DNA of 64,000 nt, from the IMG/VR virus record IMGVR_UViG_3300025732_000017. One strand, written 5' to 3'. Of this stretch, positions 47,534 through 57,077 are shown piece after piece. Numbering within the stretch: position 1 is the first letter of the stretch; every line of letters begins with the position of its first letter. The notes under the pieces were generated by a model. The model was not told the DNA's origin, ran no database searches, and saw only the letters and a list, made by a program, of their open reading frames with translations. Position numbers and translations under genes: made by a program. The DNA comes from a virus.

Positions 47534-47976
47534 TAGAACTTGAACTCGCCTATTGGAACTTCAACGGTTGTTGTATTTCCATTTGATTGGACTATTGATA
47601 ATGTAACAGCATCTGTAGTCTTCACGAAGGATATTGTGTTTCCTTCAATGACGACGGTGCCAGAATTGCTTGCATTCTCACCAAACATTGTATCTACAAG
47701 TTGCTTGCTCAATTGAGCATATATTCTACCTTCAACATTCAATAGAAACTTGGATAGATTTGAATTGTCTATCTTTCTTTGTTCAGCAGCTTTTCTTGCT
47801 TCTTCTTCGGCTTTTAGTTTCTCTCTACGCTGGTATTCCATTGTTTCAATGGTTAGAACGTGTGAAGAATATCCAATGCCGCTAAACGAAGGATTCTTGA
47901 AGCCAAATTGTAGATTATCGGCTAAAACATGATCAGATATCAGCAAAAACATGACTAAGAAAGGTAATTTTCTCAT
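47533..47976 (-). CDS. csgF: Curli assembly component CsgF
   Basis: Signal peptide followed by LQFGFKNPSFSGIG; directly upstream of csgG. Confidence 0.85.
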   Translation of the reverse strand: MRKLPFLVMFLLISDHVLADNLQFGFKNPSFSGIGYSSHVLTIETMEYQRREKLKAEEEARKAAEQRKIDNSNLSKFLLNVEGRIYAQLSKQLVDTMFGENASNSGTVVIEGNTISFVKTTDAVTLSIVQSNGNTTTVEVPIGEFKF

Positions 47977-48002
47977 GATATTGAGTCCTTTCTTACAAGT
48001 AT

Positions 48003-48016
48003 TATTTAGATAAATA
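48003..48016. promoter_or_regulatory. Back-to-back divergent T4-type late promoters
   Basis: TATTTA-GA-TAAATA gives TCTAAATA on the minus strand (toward csgF) and GATAAATA on the plus strand (toward 48044). Confidence 0.6.
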
Positions 48017-48043
48017 TTACATACCACAACGTATTGGTGCATA

Positions 48044-50740
48044 ATGAAAGACTATAGATCGTTTATTATTGAGGCTAAAAAGAAAGCATTGAAGACTGTC
48101 GTGATGGCTTTTGGGCGCATGAATCCGCCAACTGTAGGTCATCAAAAACTTGTAAATAAAGTTAGAGAATTGGCAGATCGTCACAATGCTCATCATGAAG
48201 TCATAGTCTCTCATTCACAAGATGCACAAAAGAATCCATTATCGCAAGAACAAAAACTAAAACACGCAAAAAGATATTTTCCTGGCACAAATATAGTTGG
48301 CTCAAGTAAAGAGCATCCTAATTTTCTTGCACATGCACAACGTCTACATCAAGCAGGAAATGAGCATCTGGTCATGGTTGCTGGTCAAGATCGCGTCAAG
48401 GAATTTCATGACACATTGAAAAGATATAATGGTACACATCCTGGTGCACTATTCAATTTCAAGAAAATATCGGTAGTTTCTGCTGGTGCAAGAGATCCAG
48501 ATGCTGAGGGTGTTGAGGGAATGTCAGCATCAAAGATGCGCGAACATGCAAAAAACAATAACTTTGATGAGTTTCGCAAAGGAGTTCCCGGACATGTATC
48601 AGATGAACATGCAAAAGAATTGTTTCATGATACACGCAAGGGTATGGGATTGCATGAACAAGTTGATGAAGCATGTTGGGATGGATATAAAGCTGCTGGC
48701 ATGAAAAAGAAAGGGAATCGCATGGTTCCAAATTGTGTTCCTGAAGAATCTATCTTGAATAAACCGACAATGTCACCAGAAGAAATAGCAAAGAAACATA
48801 AAGTTGATGTCAAAGAAATCAATCGTCAACTTGAAATGGGAATCAAAGTAGAAAAAGAACACACCAAAGATGAAAAGACAGCTAGAGAAATCGCTCTTGA
48901 TCATCTTGGTGAAAAGCCAAATTACTATAGCAAGTTGAAGCAATACGTTGAATCAGTAGTAAAAGTAGGCACATTGATTGAAAATGATTTGGGTGAAGTT
49001 GGCAAAGTGCTTTCACTTCGCGAGAATTCAGTAGTATATAATGTTCTTGCTACAGGTATGATGAAGTCGTCAGGATATGGCGACTTTTCTCTTGTTGAGG
49101 CCATTGGTCATTTGGCTACAGGCGCACCAGATTATTTCTTTGGTGGTGTTGCAGACGCTCCAAAAGACAAGCAAGAAGAAATTGATCGCTCTCCTCAAGA
49201 CAAGGATGTTGGACATAAAAAACACACAACTCCAGCAAAATATTATGCAGGTCTTGAAAAGGGCACCAAGGAAAAGCGTTACGACCATTTTAGAAAGAAC
49301 ACAAAGAAAAGTTGGAAAGATCCTTCTGCATATGAACTAGCACCTGGCGATGCCAATGCAAAGACAAAACCATCCAAGCATACAGAAAAATACAAGAGAA
49401 TGTATGGTGAAGAACAAATAAATAATTTACAAACTGAAAATCTTTCAAGGGACGAAACCATGAATGAAGAAGCAGCAAAGGGTCTAGCCGCAAAGGCGAA
49501 GAAGTCGGGTATTCCATTGAGCACTTTGAGAAAAGTGTACAATAGAGGAATGGCTGCATGGAGAGGTGGTCATAGACCAGGAACTACTCCACAACAATGG
49601 GGTATGGCTCGCGTCAATTCATACATCACAAAAGGCAAGGGCACATATTATGGGGCTGACGCTGATCTGAGTGGTCAGGGCAAGAAGAAGATGAAGAAGG
49701 AAAATGTTTCTACTGATTTTGTAGGAACAGGAATGAATACTCCATTTTATGGAAGTCTTGACAAGGTTGGCGTTCATAATGAAAGCATTGACGAAGCATT
49801 TGAATCATTCATGAATGAAAATGTTCATGCTCTTGATACGAACATGGAATCACATTTATTTGGAACCGATGCTGCACGGATTGCAGCACAACAGATGACA
49901 CCGGGTGAGCCAGGCTATGTGGGAATGGGTAAAGAGGCTTCTAACTTCGTCCACTCAAGAGAAGGCGAACCCGAAGCCGATAAAGAAAAAAGTAAAGAAA
50001 AAAATAAAAAAAGCCAAGAAGAAGACTATCCGGGTGGCGACTACAACTCCAGACTTTCCGGAGCGCCAGCAGCCGTAGGTGGTCTTGGTGGATCATATAG
50101 CATCAATGTCCAAGAGAATGCACTACCAAATGTAGATTCTATTCGTGCATGGGCCTTGAAGGAATCCACACAAAGAAATTTCGTAGAAAGATATGGCAAT
50201 GATGCATCCAAGAAATTGATTGAGGCTGCACATCGCATGGTCAATTCAAAGACATCTTTCACATCGTTTAGACAAAAACTAGATGAAGCAGATTATGCAC
50301 CACAAGCATTTTCCATGGGATCTGGCTCAGGTCCAGTACTAAGTCCGCCAGAAACAGGATATGCAAAACAAGCATTTGGTGAAGGCAAGAAGAAGCCAAA
50401 GATGGAAAAAGTCAATGAAGATGAAGTGACATTTCATTGTGAAGAAGATGAATTGATTGAAGCACTTCAATGGGATGAAGAGACAACACCAATTGAAGAA
50501 GCTGAATATCAAGGCAAAAAAGTACAACTAGGCAAACCAATGGCTGGTGATGTAAAGAAGTCTAAGGTGTATGTCAAGGGACCTTCTGGTCGTGTCGTAA
50601 AGGTAAACTTTGGCGACAAGAACATGACAATCAAGAAGAATATTCCTGCTCGTAGAAAGTCATTCAGAGCAAGACATCATTGCGATACAAATCCGGGACC
50701 AAGATGGAAGGCACGCTATTGGTCGTGCAGGGCATGGTAA
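48044..50740 (+). CDS. Modular head-internal polyprotein with N-terminal cytidyltransferase-like domain
   Basis: MKDYRSFIIE; FGRMNPPTVGH (HxGH-like); MSASKMR; further small modules separated by (I/L/V)-x-E sites. Confidence 0.7.
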   Translation: MKDYRSFIIEAKKKALKTVVMAFGRMNPPTVGHQKLVNKVRELADRHNAHHEVIVSHSQDAQKNPLSQEQKLKHAKRYFPGTNIVGSSKEHPNFLAHAQRLHQAGNEHLVMVAGQDRVKEFHDTLKRYNGTHPGALFNFKKISVVSAGARDPDAEGVEGMSASKMREHAKNNNFDEFRKGVPGHVSDEHAKELFHDTRKGMGLHEQVDEACWDGYKAAGMKKKGNRMVPNCVPEESILNKPTMSPEEIAKKHKVDVKEINRQLEMGIKVEKEHTKDEKTAREIALDHLGEKPNYYSKLKQYVESVVKVGTLIENDLGEVGKVLSLRENSVVYNVLATGMMKSSGYGDFSLVEAIGHLATGAPDYFFGGVADAPKDKQEEIDRSPQDKDVGHKKHTTPAKYYAGLEKGTKEKRYDHFRKNTKKSWKDPSAYELAPGDANAKTKPSKHTEKYKRMYGEEQINNLQTENLSRDETMNEEAAKGLAAKAKKSGIPLSTLRKVYNRGMAAWRGGHRPGTTPQQWGMARVNSYITKGKGTYYGADADLSGQGKKKMKKENVSTDFVGTGMNTPFYGSLDKVGVHNESIDEAFESFMNENVHALDTNMESHLFGTDAARIAAQQMTPGEPGYVGMGKEASNFVHSREGEPEADKEKSKEKNKKSQEEDYPGGDYNSRLSGAPAAVGGLGGSYSINVQENALPNVDSIRAWALKESTQRNFVERYGNDASKKLIEAAHRMVNSKTSFTSFRQKLDEADYAPQAFSMGSGSGPVLSPPETGYAKQAFGEGKKKPKMEKVNEDEVTFHCEEDELIEALQWDEETTPIEEAEYQGKKVQLGKPMAGDVKKSKVYVKGPSGRVVKVNFGDKNMTIKKNIPARRKSFRARHHCDTNPGPRWKARYWSCRAW

Positions 50741-50742
50741 AA

Positions 50743-50979
50743 ATGAAGACATTTACAACTTTTCTAAAAGAAGCATCTGGTAATGATGCAGACAACTACG
50801 ATGAATATCGCGGACAGATGGCGCGAACACAGCTGATGTCTACGGCTGACAAGGCTAGAGAATTGGCTATGGAAATAAAGGATGACACGCAATTGGAAGC
50901 GTGGGTTGAATCCAAGATTACACTGGCTGAAGATTATATTCAAACAGTTTACGATTATCTCAAATATAATAAGAAATAA
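50743..50979 (+). CDS. Small putative capsid-internal protein
   Basis: MKTFTTFLKE N-terminus; GQMARTQL..LEAWVESKITLA.DYI motif. Confidence 0.65.
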   Translation: MKTFTTFLKEASGNDADNYDEYRGQMARTQLMSTADKARELAMEIKDDTQLEAWVESKITLAEDYIQTVYDYLKYNKK

Positions 50980-50991
50980 AGGGATCAATAA

Positions 50992-52611
50992 ATGTTTACC
51001 AAGAATTTCAATAGTCTGCCAGACAGCTTGATTGAAGCATCAAAGAAGATCATGACTGAGGCATCAAATGAAGCGCCAAATATTCAGCGTTTGACATTGA
51101 CACAAGAAGAGATTTCATCAATCAATGAGTTGATGAGCGTTGCTGAAGAAGCATTGAATGAATATGTTGTCAATCAAGCCGCACATGAAAAGATTACAAA
51201 GGAAAGAGATGCTGGCAATGAAGCAATGAAAGTTGCACATAATGCACCAGATCGCGCACATGATGCATTGAGCAATCTTCATGATCGTCTTTCAAGCGCA
51301 CATCCAGAACAAAAAGTTGCAAAGGCTCATCTTGCTGCATCTATTGACATGCTCAAGCGTGCAAAGAATGCACCAAATGACAAGGAAAGAGCACAGCATC
51401 TGGACAATGCAAGAGATGCTCATCAAAAAGCACACGAATTGCTTGGAAAACATTTACAGAACAATGCACAGCAATTGTCTCGTCAAAATGTTCATGTTGA
51501 AGAAGTGAATGAAGCACTATCACCAGAGGCTAAGAAGCGTCGTGATGAATTGAAGGCAAAAGTTCGTTCGGCTAAAGATGCTTACAAAGAAATTTCAAAG
51601 CAAGCAAAGTCACCTAAAAGCGGACTGGCTCCTCTCAAGACATCCGTCACACCAAAAGAACATGAGTCAGAAGATCCAGAAGAATCTGCTCGCAAGCATC
51701 CAATTGATAGACTAAGAAGAATTGCTCTATCAACAGGCGGCGCACATTTTGAATTTGACAACGGAGAAAAGCACAAAATTTCCAGAGATGTTGCTCGCAC
51801 GATTGTCAAGCACTATGAACTTCCGACTGAGAGAGGTGGATTAAAACCTTATGAAAAAGAAAAATTGCAGAGCGATATTACAAAGTCGCACGATCACATG
51901 ATGAAGCATTACAACAAGATTTCCGGCACAAATGAAGCAAAGAAACTCGATGAAGTTCCAGTTGAGACAATCAAGCAGGTTAGAACATTCAATGTAGAAG
52001 AAACTGATGACGAGACACCACCATTTGAACCAGACAAGAAAAAGAAATATACAGGTAGTGCTAAGTCTCGCGCAACATGGCTTGCAAAACATGCTCGCGA
52101 CACGATGAAGAAGCAGATGAAAACAGAACAGGTGAAGCCTGGTGGCAATATGGCTGCAAAAATACAAGTTCCTGAGGAAAAAATTGTGAACTTGGGAACT
52201 GTTCATAATCCAGAAAAATATCCTAATGCAATTCCTGATCCAACAGGAAATCTACAACGTGCAATACGCAAACTAGCAGATCCTAAACGATCTGGAAATG
52301 AACGTTCTGATAGTTCTACATCAATTCAAACCAGAATTGGCGAAGAGCCTATTGATGAGCGTGAAATGACAAAAGCGGAAATGAATAAGCGCGAAGAGAT
52401 TGTCATGAAATTGAAGAAAAAGATGACAGAATTTGAAAAAAATTATGGCAAGAAAGCCAAGGATGTGATGTATGCAACTGCCACAAAGATGGCCATGAAA
52501 GAAGAGACACCAAAGGGTAAGACGATGACTGGTCAAAAAGCTGATCCAGTAGAAGTAAATCCTTCGGCCCCAACCAAAGAGGGTATTGGAGTAAAGTCAA
52601 CAACCACCTAA
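50992..52611 (+). CDS. Putative prohead core/internal protein
   Basis: Charged and helical, with many xxE cleavage-like sites. The C-terminal REEIVMKLKK..FEKNYG..AKDVMYATATKMA module is typical of T4-like core proteins. Confidence 0.55.
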   Translation: MFTKNFNSLPDSLIEASKKIMTEASNEAPNIQRLTLTQEEISSINELMSVAEEALNEYVVNQAAHEKITKERDAGNEAMKVAHNAPDRAHDALSNLHDRLSSAHPEQKVAKAHLAASIDMLKRAKNAPNDKERAQHLDNARDAHQKAHELLGKHLQNNAQQLSRQNVHVEEVNEALSPEAKKRRDELKAKVRSAKDAYKEISKQAKSPKSGLAPLKTSVTPKEHESEDPEESARKHPIDRLRRIALSTGGAHFEFDNGEKHKISRDVARTIVKHYELPTERGGLKPYEKEKLQSDITKSHDHMMKHYNKISGTNEAKKLDEVPVETIKQVRTFNVEETDDETPPFEPDKKKKYTGSAKSRATWLAKHARDTMKKQMKTEQVKPGGNMAAKIQVPEEKIVNLGTVHNPEKYPNAIPDPTGNLQRAIRKLADPKRSGNERSDSSTSIQTRIGEEPIDEREMTKAEMNKREEIVMKLKKKMTEFEKNYGKKAKDVMYATATKMAMKEETPKGKTMTGQKADPVEVNPSAPTKEGIGVKSTTT

Positions 52612-52612
52612 T

Positions 52613-52620
52613 TATAAATA
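52613..52620 (+). promoter_or_regulatory. T4 late promoter (perfect consensus)
   Basis: TATAAATA 28 nt upstream of ATG 52649, with AGGAG RBS. Confidence 0.8.
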
Positions 52621-52648
52621 ATAGAAAAGACAAACAAGGAGAAAAACA

Positions 52649-53233
52649 ATGGCCCTATGGGGAGCACAAGATAATTCAGCAAATGCACCAAAGTGGACTG
52701 TACTTAGCGGTCTTGGTTCAGATGCGAATGGATTTACAGCATATCAAAACACAACGACAAGTGCATTTGTAAATCAAGCGCAGATTGGTATTGAAGGTGT
52801 CAATACTGTAGAAGTTGCAAATACACTACTATCAAATGGTGCTGGATTTGGTAAAGCCGCACACGTTGGCTGGAACTTGAGAAAGCAGGGAACAGGATAT
52901 GTTTCCAGCGTTGCAGTTTCAAGCGGCGGTCAGGGATATAATGCAAATGCATACATCGTCTTCACTGGCGGTGGTGGAATTAGTGGGAGCAATGCAAATG
53001 CAAGTTACACGATTGCAAATTCCATCAACACAAGCCAGTCATATTCTTCAAACGCACTACAGAATACAATCGTTTCAGTAACGATCAATTCACCCGGTTC
53101 AAACTATACGTCTGCACCAACAGCAACAGCACAAGGTTCAAACATTTCAGAAGCAACATTCACCGTAACAATGGGTGGTCGTGTTGGTCGCGTACAGTTT
53201 GAAACACTTGTTGCTCTAAACAACGTAGCCTAA
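52649..53233 (+). CDS. Virion structural protein
   Basis: Late promoter; MALWG start; A/S/T/N-rich with VAVSSGGQGY and VTINSPGSNYTSAPT repeats. Confidence 0.65.
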   Translation: MALWGAQDNSANAPKWTVLSGLGSDANGFTAYQNTTTSAFVNQAQIGIEGVNTVEVANTLLSNGAGFGKAAHVGWNLRKQGTGYVSSVAVSSGGQGYNANAYIVFTGGGGISGSNANASYTIANSINTSQSYSSNALQNTIVSVTINSPGSNYTSAPTATAQGSNISEATFTVTMGGRVGRVQFETLVALNNVA

Positions 53234-53245
53234 TAGGATAGTCAA

Positions 53246-55030
53246 ATGAAAGTCCCTTCGTTCAAGAAATTCCTGGAAGAAGAAGATAGCAAGGCTATCG
53301 TTCAAACAGGATTGAATTCCAAGAGTATTGACAATAGCGTGACAAAAGAGATCATCAACTCTCGTCTTGCTAATGCAACAAGCAATCCATTCCTAACACC
53401 ATATATTGCACTAGGAAGCATTGCTCGCATTCTTGCTTATGTCAATATTGTTGTACCTCAATATACATTCTTGGATAGAGACGAAGGCGAAGTTGTATTT
53501 GATGCAACTCAGGTCGGACAAATTGCTGGTGTAAATCTTGATGGTTCACCAGCAAGATCCGAAGCTGATCATTTCATCTACTTCTCATATTCCATGAATG
53601 ATGAAGGATACTATGATTGCTTTGCAGCTCTTGTAGATTCAGATGAACTTGAAGATATCATGGACATGGGTGGAGACGATGATGTTGATCAATTTGATGT
53701 TGATCAAAAAGTGAATGAAGAGCAGATTGACGAGTTGAGCAAGGATACTCTCGGAAGTTATGCTCTAAAAGCCCATAGAAAAGGTGACATGGCTGCAAGA
53801 ATGTCAAGGGATGCAAATGATGACATGGGTAAAATTGCCAGAAAAAGATATGGCGGAACTCAATTGGCCATTAGAAAACTTTCTGGTAATGCAGAAGTAA
53901 ATGCAACTGAAGAACTAAAAGGCAATCAGCACAAACTTGATGTTGCTGAACCAAAGGGTAAATTGACATCAGCAGACTTCAAGAAACTTCGTGGTGAAGA
54001 AGTTGATGAGGGATTTGACAAATGGCACAATAAACTCAAGAAGAGAAATTGGCTAAGAAAATCTGGGTATGAAAAGTCATCAGTAGATCATACAAGCCCA
54101 GGTAACACAGCAGCCATGGCTGTTCGTGCAGGTAGAGATAAGCTGAAAAAAGAAGAGACTGAGCATGTTGATGAGTCTGGGGGTGCTCTCAGTAGTGATG
54201 GTATGCGCAGAATAAAAAAAGGTGAAAGTCCATTTAGACCTAAAAGCACAGCAAGAAAGATTGACAATTGGGTAACTACCAAAATTAGAAGTTTATTTGG
54301 TATGAAGCCCAAAAAATTTGCTGAAGAGTCAGTTAAGGAAGAACCCACTAATCCAGCTACGGAACTAAGGACTCGTATTGCTGCACATCAAGCAGCAATT
54401 GCTGCACACAAAGCAGCAAAACCACAATCAGTTCGTAAACCAGCTGCAACCCCAGCACCAAAACCAGCACCAAAAAGTGAGCCGTCAGTTTATGATGCTG
54501 CTAAAAACTTACCATCAAATCCTGCTGCGCAATCTTATAAGAAGGAAATTGCTGCACGTCAAGCAGGAAAAAAAGTAGATGAAGAATCCATAAATGAAAG
54601 AAAATCATCTGATCCCAAAGGGCTTGCTTATAAAGTAACTGCAGCAAGTCATGCAGCAAATCCACAATGGGGTCCAGCTGATCATACACAAGATCCGAAG
54701 ACACATTTTGGAACAGCAGCAACAAGAAGTTCAACACTTGCTGCAGTCAGATCAATAAGAGCACAAAGATCACAGGGTGGTTTTGATGCAAATAATCCAA
54801 AACATGTTGATGCCGCTGCAAAAGCTGTTCACGGTTCACCTCAAGATTATGAAGGTAAGCCAAAAGGTTGGTCACAAACTGCAATGACTCATTCTGGTCA
54901 ATCACCAGAACAAAAAGAACGTAGAGCAAAGCTGACTGGTCCTTATGGTTCTCTATCAGAACCAGAAAAAGAAAAAGATAGAGAAATAGTTAGAACAGTA
55001 GCTGCAAATATGCCTACAAAAAAAAAGTAA
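53246..55030 (+). CDS. Modular putative head-internal protein
   Basis: SFKKFLEE N-terminus; repeated IDE/VDE/INE boundaries; RyR-like C-terminal module. Confidence 0.6.
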   Translation: MKVPSFKKFLEEEDSKAIVQTGLNSKSIDNSVTKEIINSRLANATSNPFLTPYIALGSIARILAYVNIVVPQYTFLDRDEGEVVFDATQVGQIAGVNLDGSPARSEADHFIYFSYSMNDEGYYDCFAALVDSDELEDIMDMGGDDDVDQFDVDQKVNEEQIDELSKDTLGSYALKAHRKGDMAARMSRDANDDMGKIARKRYGGTQLAIRKLSGNAEVNATEELKGNQHKLDVAEPKGKLTSADFKKLRGEEVDEGFDKWHNKLKKRNWLRKSGYEKSSVDHTSPGNTAAMAVRAGRDKLKKEETEHVDESGGALSSDGMRRIKKGESPFRPKSTARKIDNWVTTKIRSLFGMKPKKFAEESVKEEPTNPATELRTRIAAHQAAIAAHKAAKPQSVRKPAATPAPKPAPKSEPSVYDAAKNLPSNPAAQSYKKEIAARQAGKKVDEESINERKSSDPKGLAYKVTAASHAANPQWGPADHTQDPKTHFGTAATRSSTLAAVRSIRAQRSQGGFDANNPKHVDAAAKAVHGSPQDYEGKPKGWSQTAMTHSGQSPEQKERRAKLTGPYGSLSEPEKEKDREIVRTVAANMPTKKK

Positions 55031-55103
55031 GTGAGCAAGGTATAGAAGTAATTGAACCTAAAGAATATTCAACTTGGAGAGACACACAAACTCAATAACA
55101 TGA

Positions 55104-55490
55104 ATGAATGATGATCTAAATGATGAAAACTTCATGATATTTGCGATCAAGGCTTATAACAAACCTAATTGTGTTATGAGCGAGTTTTACGAAGATCTGA
55201 AAAGAATCAAATATGTAAAACGATTGTTCATCAAATATCATAAGAACAAGGAAATAAAAGAACGTCTCGTCATAAACCATTTGATAGTAATATATAATGT
55301 GTTTGGTGCAAATTCAGCAACTAGAATTTTATTCTACAAGGTTGACGAGAAATATTATACAATTTTGAAGACATTCTTGATATTCTTGAACTACATGCCA
55401 AAATATGTGATGGGAATAAGAGGAAAGAACATACGATCATCCGAAATATCAGTTGATCTAAAATTAGCAGACATATTGAGAAAGCAATGA
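55104..55490 (+). CDS. Conserved T4-like hypothetical protein
   Basis: FAIKAY.KP.C...EFYEDLKRIKY.KRL; KERL..NHLI..YNVFG. Confidence 0.75.
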   Translation: MNDDLNDENFMIFAIKAYNKPNCVMSEFYEDLKRIKYVKRLFIKYHKNKEIKERLVINHLIVIYNVFGANSATRILFYKVDEKYYTILKTFLIFLNYMPKYVMGIRGKNIRSSEISVDLKLADILRKQ

Positions 55491-56005
55491 CCGACATCAA
55501 AGAAGACGCACCAGCAAATGCAGCAGGATCAGGAGCAGTAGCTGGACTCGGTGTTGGTCCACAGGGCGAGCCGCCAGGACCTCAAAGCATTCTCACACGA
55601 ATGCTCAAGCGTAAAAAACTGGAACAAGAAGAAAAGTGGTCACAAGACTACAAGAAAAGCATTGATTGCTCCAATCCAAAAGGATTCAGTCAAAAAGCCC
55701 ATTGCGCTGGACGCAAGGCTAGACAAGCAGGTCGCGACACAAAGTCCGAACCAATCACAGAAGCAACATTTGCTGGCAATCAAGTATTTGTAGTGCCATC
55801 AGATTATTATCATAATTGTAGAGTAGGAAAACAAAGATATCATAAGTATGAAAAATATGTGGGTAAGGATGAAATTGGTGAGACAATTAGACGGTATGGT
55901 AGAGATAGAAAGAATCGCAACAAACCTATAATCGTCCAAGACGAGAAAACAGGTGCGATGACTTATCTACGATACGGTGGAAAGCATAGAAAGGATCACA
56001 CATGA
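55487..56005 (+). CDS. Modular late protein
   Basis: EDAPANAAGSG.VAG; KWSQDYKKSIDC.NPKGFSQKAHC; PIIVQDE.TG.M.YLRYG modules. Confidence 0.65.
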   Translation: MTDIKEDAPANAAGSGAVAGLGVGPQGEPPGPQSILTRMLKRKKLEQEEKWSQDYKKSIDCSNPKGFSQKAHCAGRKARQAGRDTKSEPITEATFAGNQVFVVPSDYYHNCRVGKQRYHKYEKYVGKDEIGETIRRYGRDRKNRNKPIIVQDEKTGAMTYLRYGGKHRKDHT

Positions 56006-56610
56006 TTACTCCTGAAATTCTCAAGGAATGTCTACCACAAGCCACAATGCAGGCTTGCGAAGCATTTGCCGAACCAATGGAGCAGGCTTTTGAGCCATAT
56101 GAAATCAATACACCACAAAGACTTGCTGCATTCATTGCACAAGTTGGTCACGAAAGCGGCAATCTTCGCTTCGTGAAAGAAAACCTAAACTATTCAGCAC
56201 AAGGTCTTCGCAAGATATTTCCAAAGTATTTCCCTAATGATCAGATTGCAATGCAGTATCAGCGCAATCCAGAAGCAATCGCAAATCGCGTATATGCAAA
56301 TCGCATGGGTAATGGACCAGAAGAATCTGGCGATGGATGGAGATATCGTGGTCGCGGGCTAATTCAATTGACAGGTCATGACAACTATCACAAGTGCATG
56401 ACTGATCTTGAAGTAGATGATCCAGAATACTTTGAGACACCAGAAGGCGCAGTATATTCTGCTTGCTGGTTCTGGGATACAAGAAAATTGAATGCAGTTG
56501 CCGACACGGGCGATATCAAGAAGATGACGAAGCTGATCAATGGTGGCTTCATCGGTCTTGAAGATCGCATCAAGCATTATGAACACGCATTGCATGTCCT
56601 AGGTGCGTGA
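56002..56610 (+). CDS. GH19-family endolysin
   Basis: RLAAFIAQVGHESG, GDGWRYRGRGLIQLTG..NY, INGG..GL.DR. Confidence 0.9.
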   Translation: MITPEILKECLPQATMQACEAFAEPMEQAFEPYEINTPQRLAAFIAQVGHESGNLRFVKENLNYSAQGLRKIFPKYFPNDQIAMQYQRNPEAIANRVYANRMGNGPEESGDGWRYRGRGLIQLTGHDNYHKCMTDLEVDDPEYFETPEGAVYSACWFWDTRKLNAVADTGDIKKMTKLINGGFIGLEDRIKHYEHALHVLGA

Positions 56611-57077
56611 TGCTGGGGTTCGTTGCTTCCAAGGCAATGCTCATGGTTGTAATCGCTGCTGTAGGTAGTGGCGGTTACTTCTATGTTCAAAGTTTACGCA
56701 GTCAACTTCAAGCAGCTGTAGAAGCACAGCAAAAACTTGAAGACGCAATAGCCGCAAAAGAACTTGTCATGAAACAAGTACAAGAAGACATTGAAAAGAT
56801 CAGAAAAATAAATGCAGATCTAAATATCAAGTTCTCAAATGCACAAAGAGATGTTTCTGATCTTGAAAAGAAATTCCAAGATGCACAAGGTCGTCAAAGA
56901 GACTTCGCAAGAGCAGCCATGCAAAATCCAAAAGCATTGCAAGACAAGATCAATCGTGGAACACAGTTTGCTCTACGATGCAATGAAATTGCAACTGGTT
57001 CACCATTGAAGCCAGAGGACGACAAGAACAATATATGTCAAGAATTGATAAAGAGTAAGAAAGCAGAGAAAAAATGA
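56610..57077 (+). CDS. Inner-membrane spanin (Rz-like)
   Basis: N-terminal TM helix plus long coiled coil; follows the endolysin. Confidence 0.65.
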   Translation: MLGFVASKAMLMVVIAAVGSGGYFYVQSLRSQLQAAVEAQQKLEDAIAAKELVMKQVQEDIEKIRKINADLNIKFSNAQRDVSDLEKKFQDAQGRQRDFARAAMQNPKALQDKINRGTQFALRCNEIATGSPLKPEDDKNNICQELIKSKKAEKK

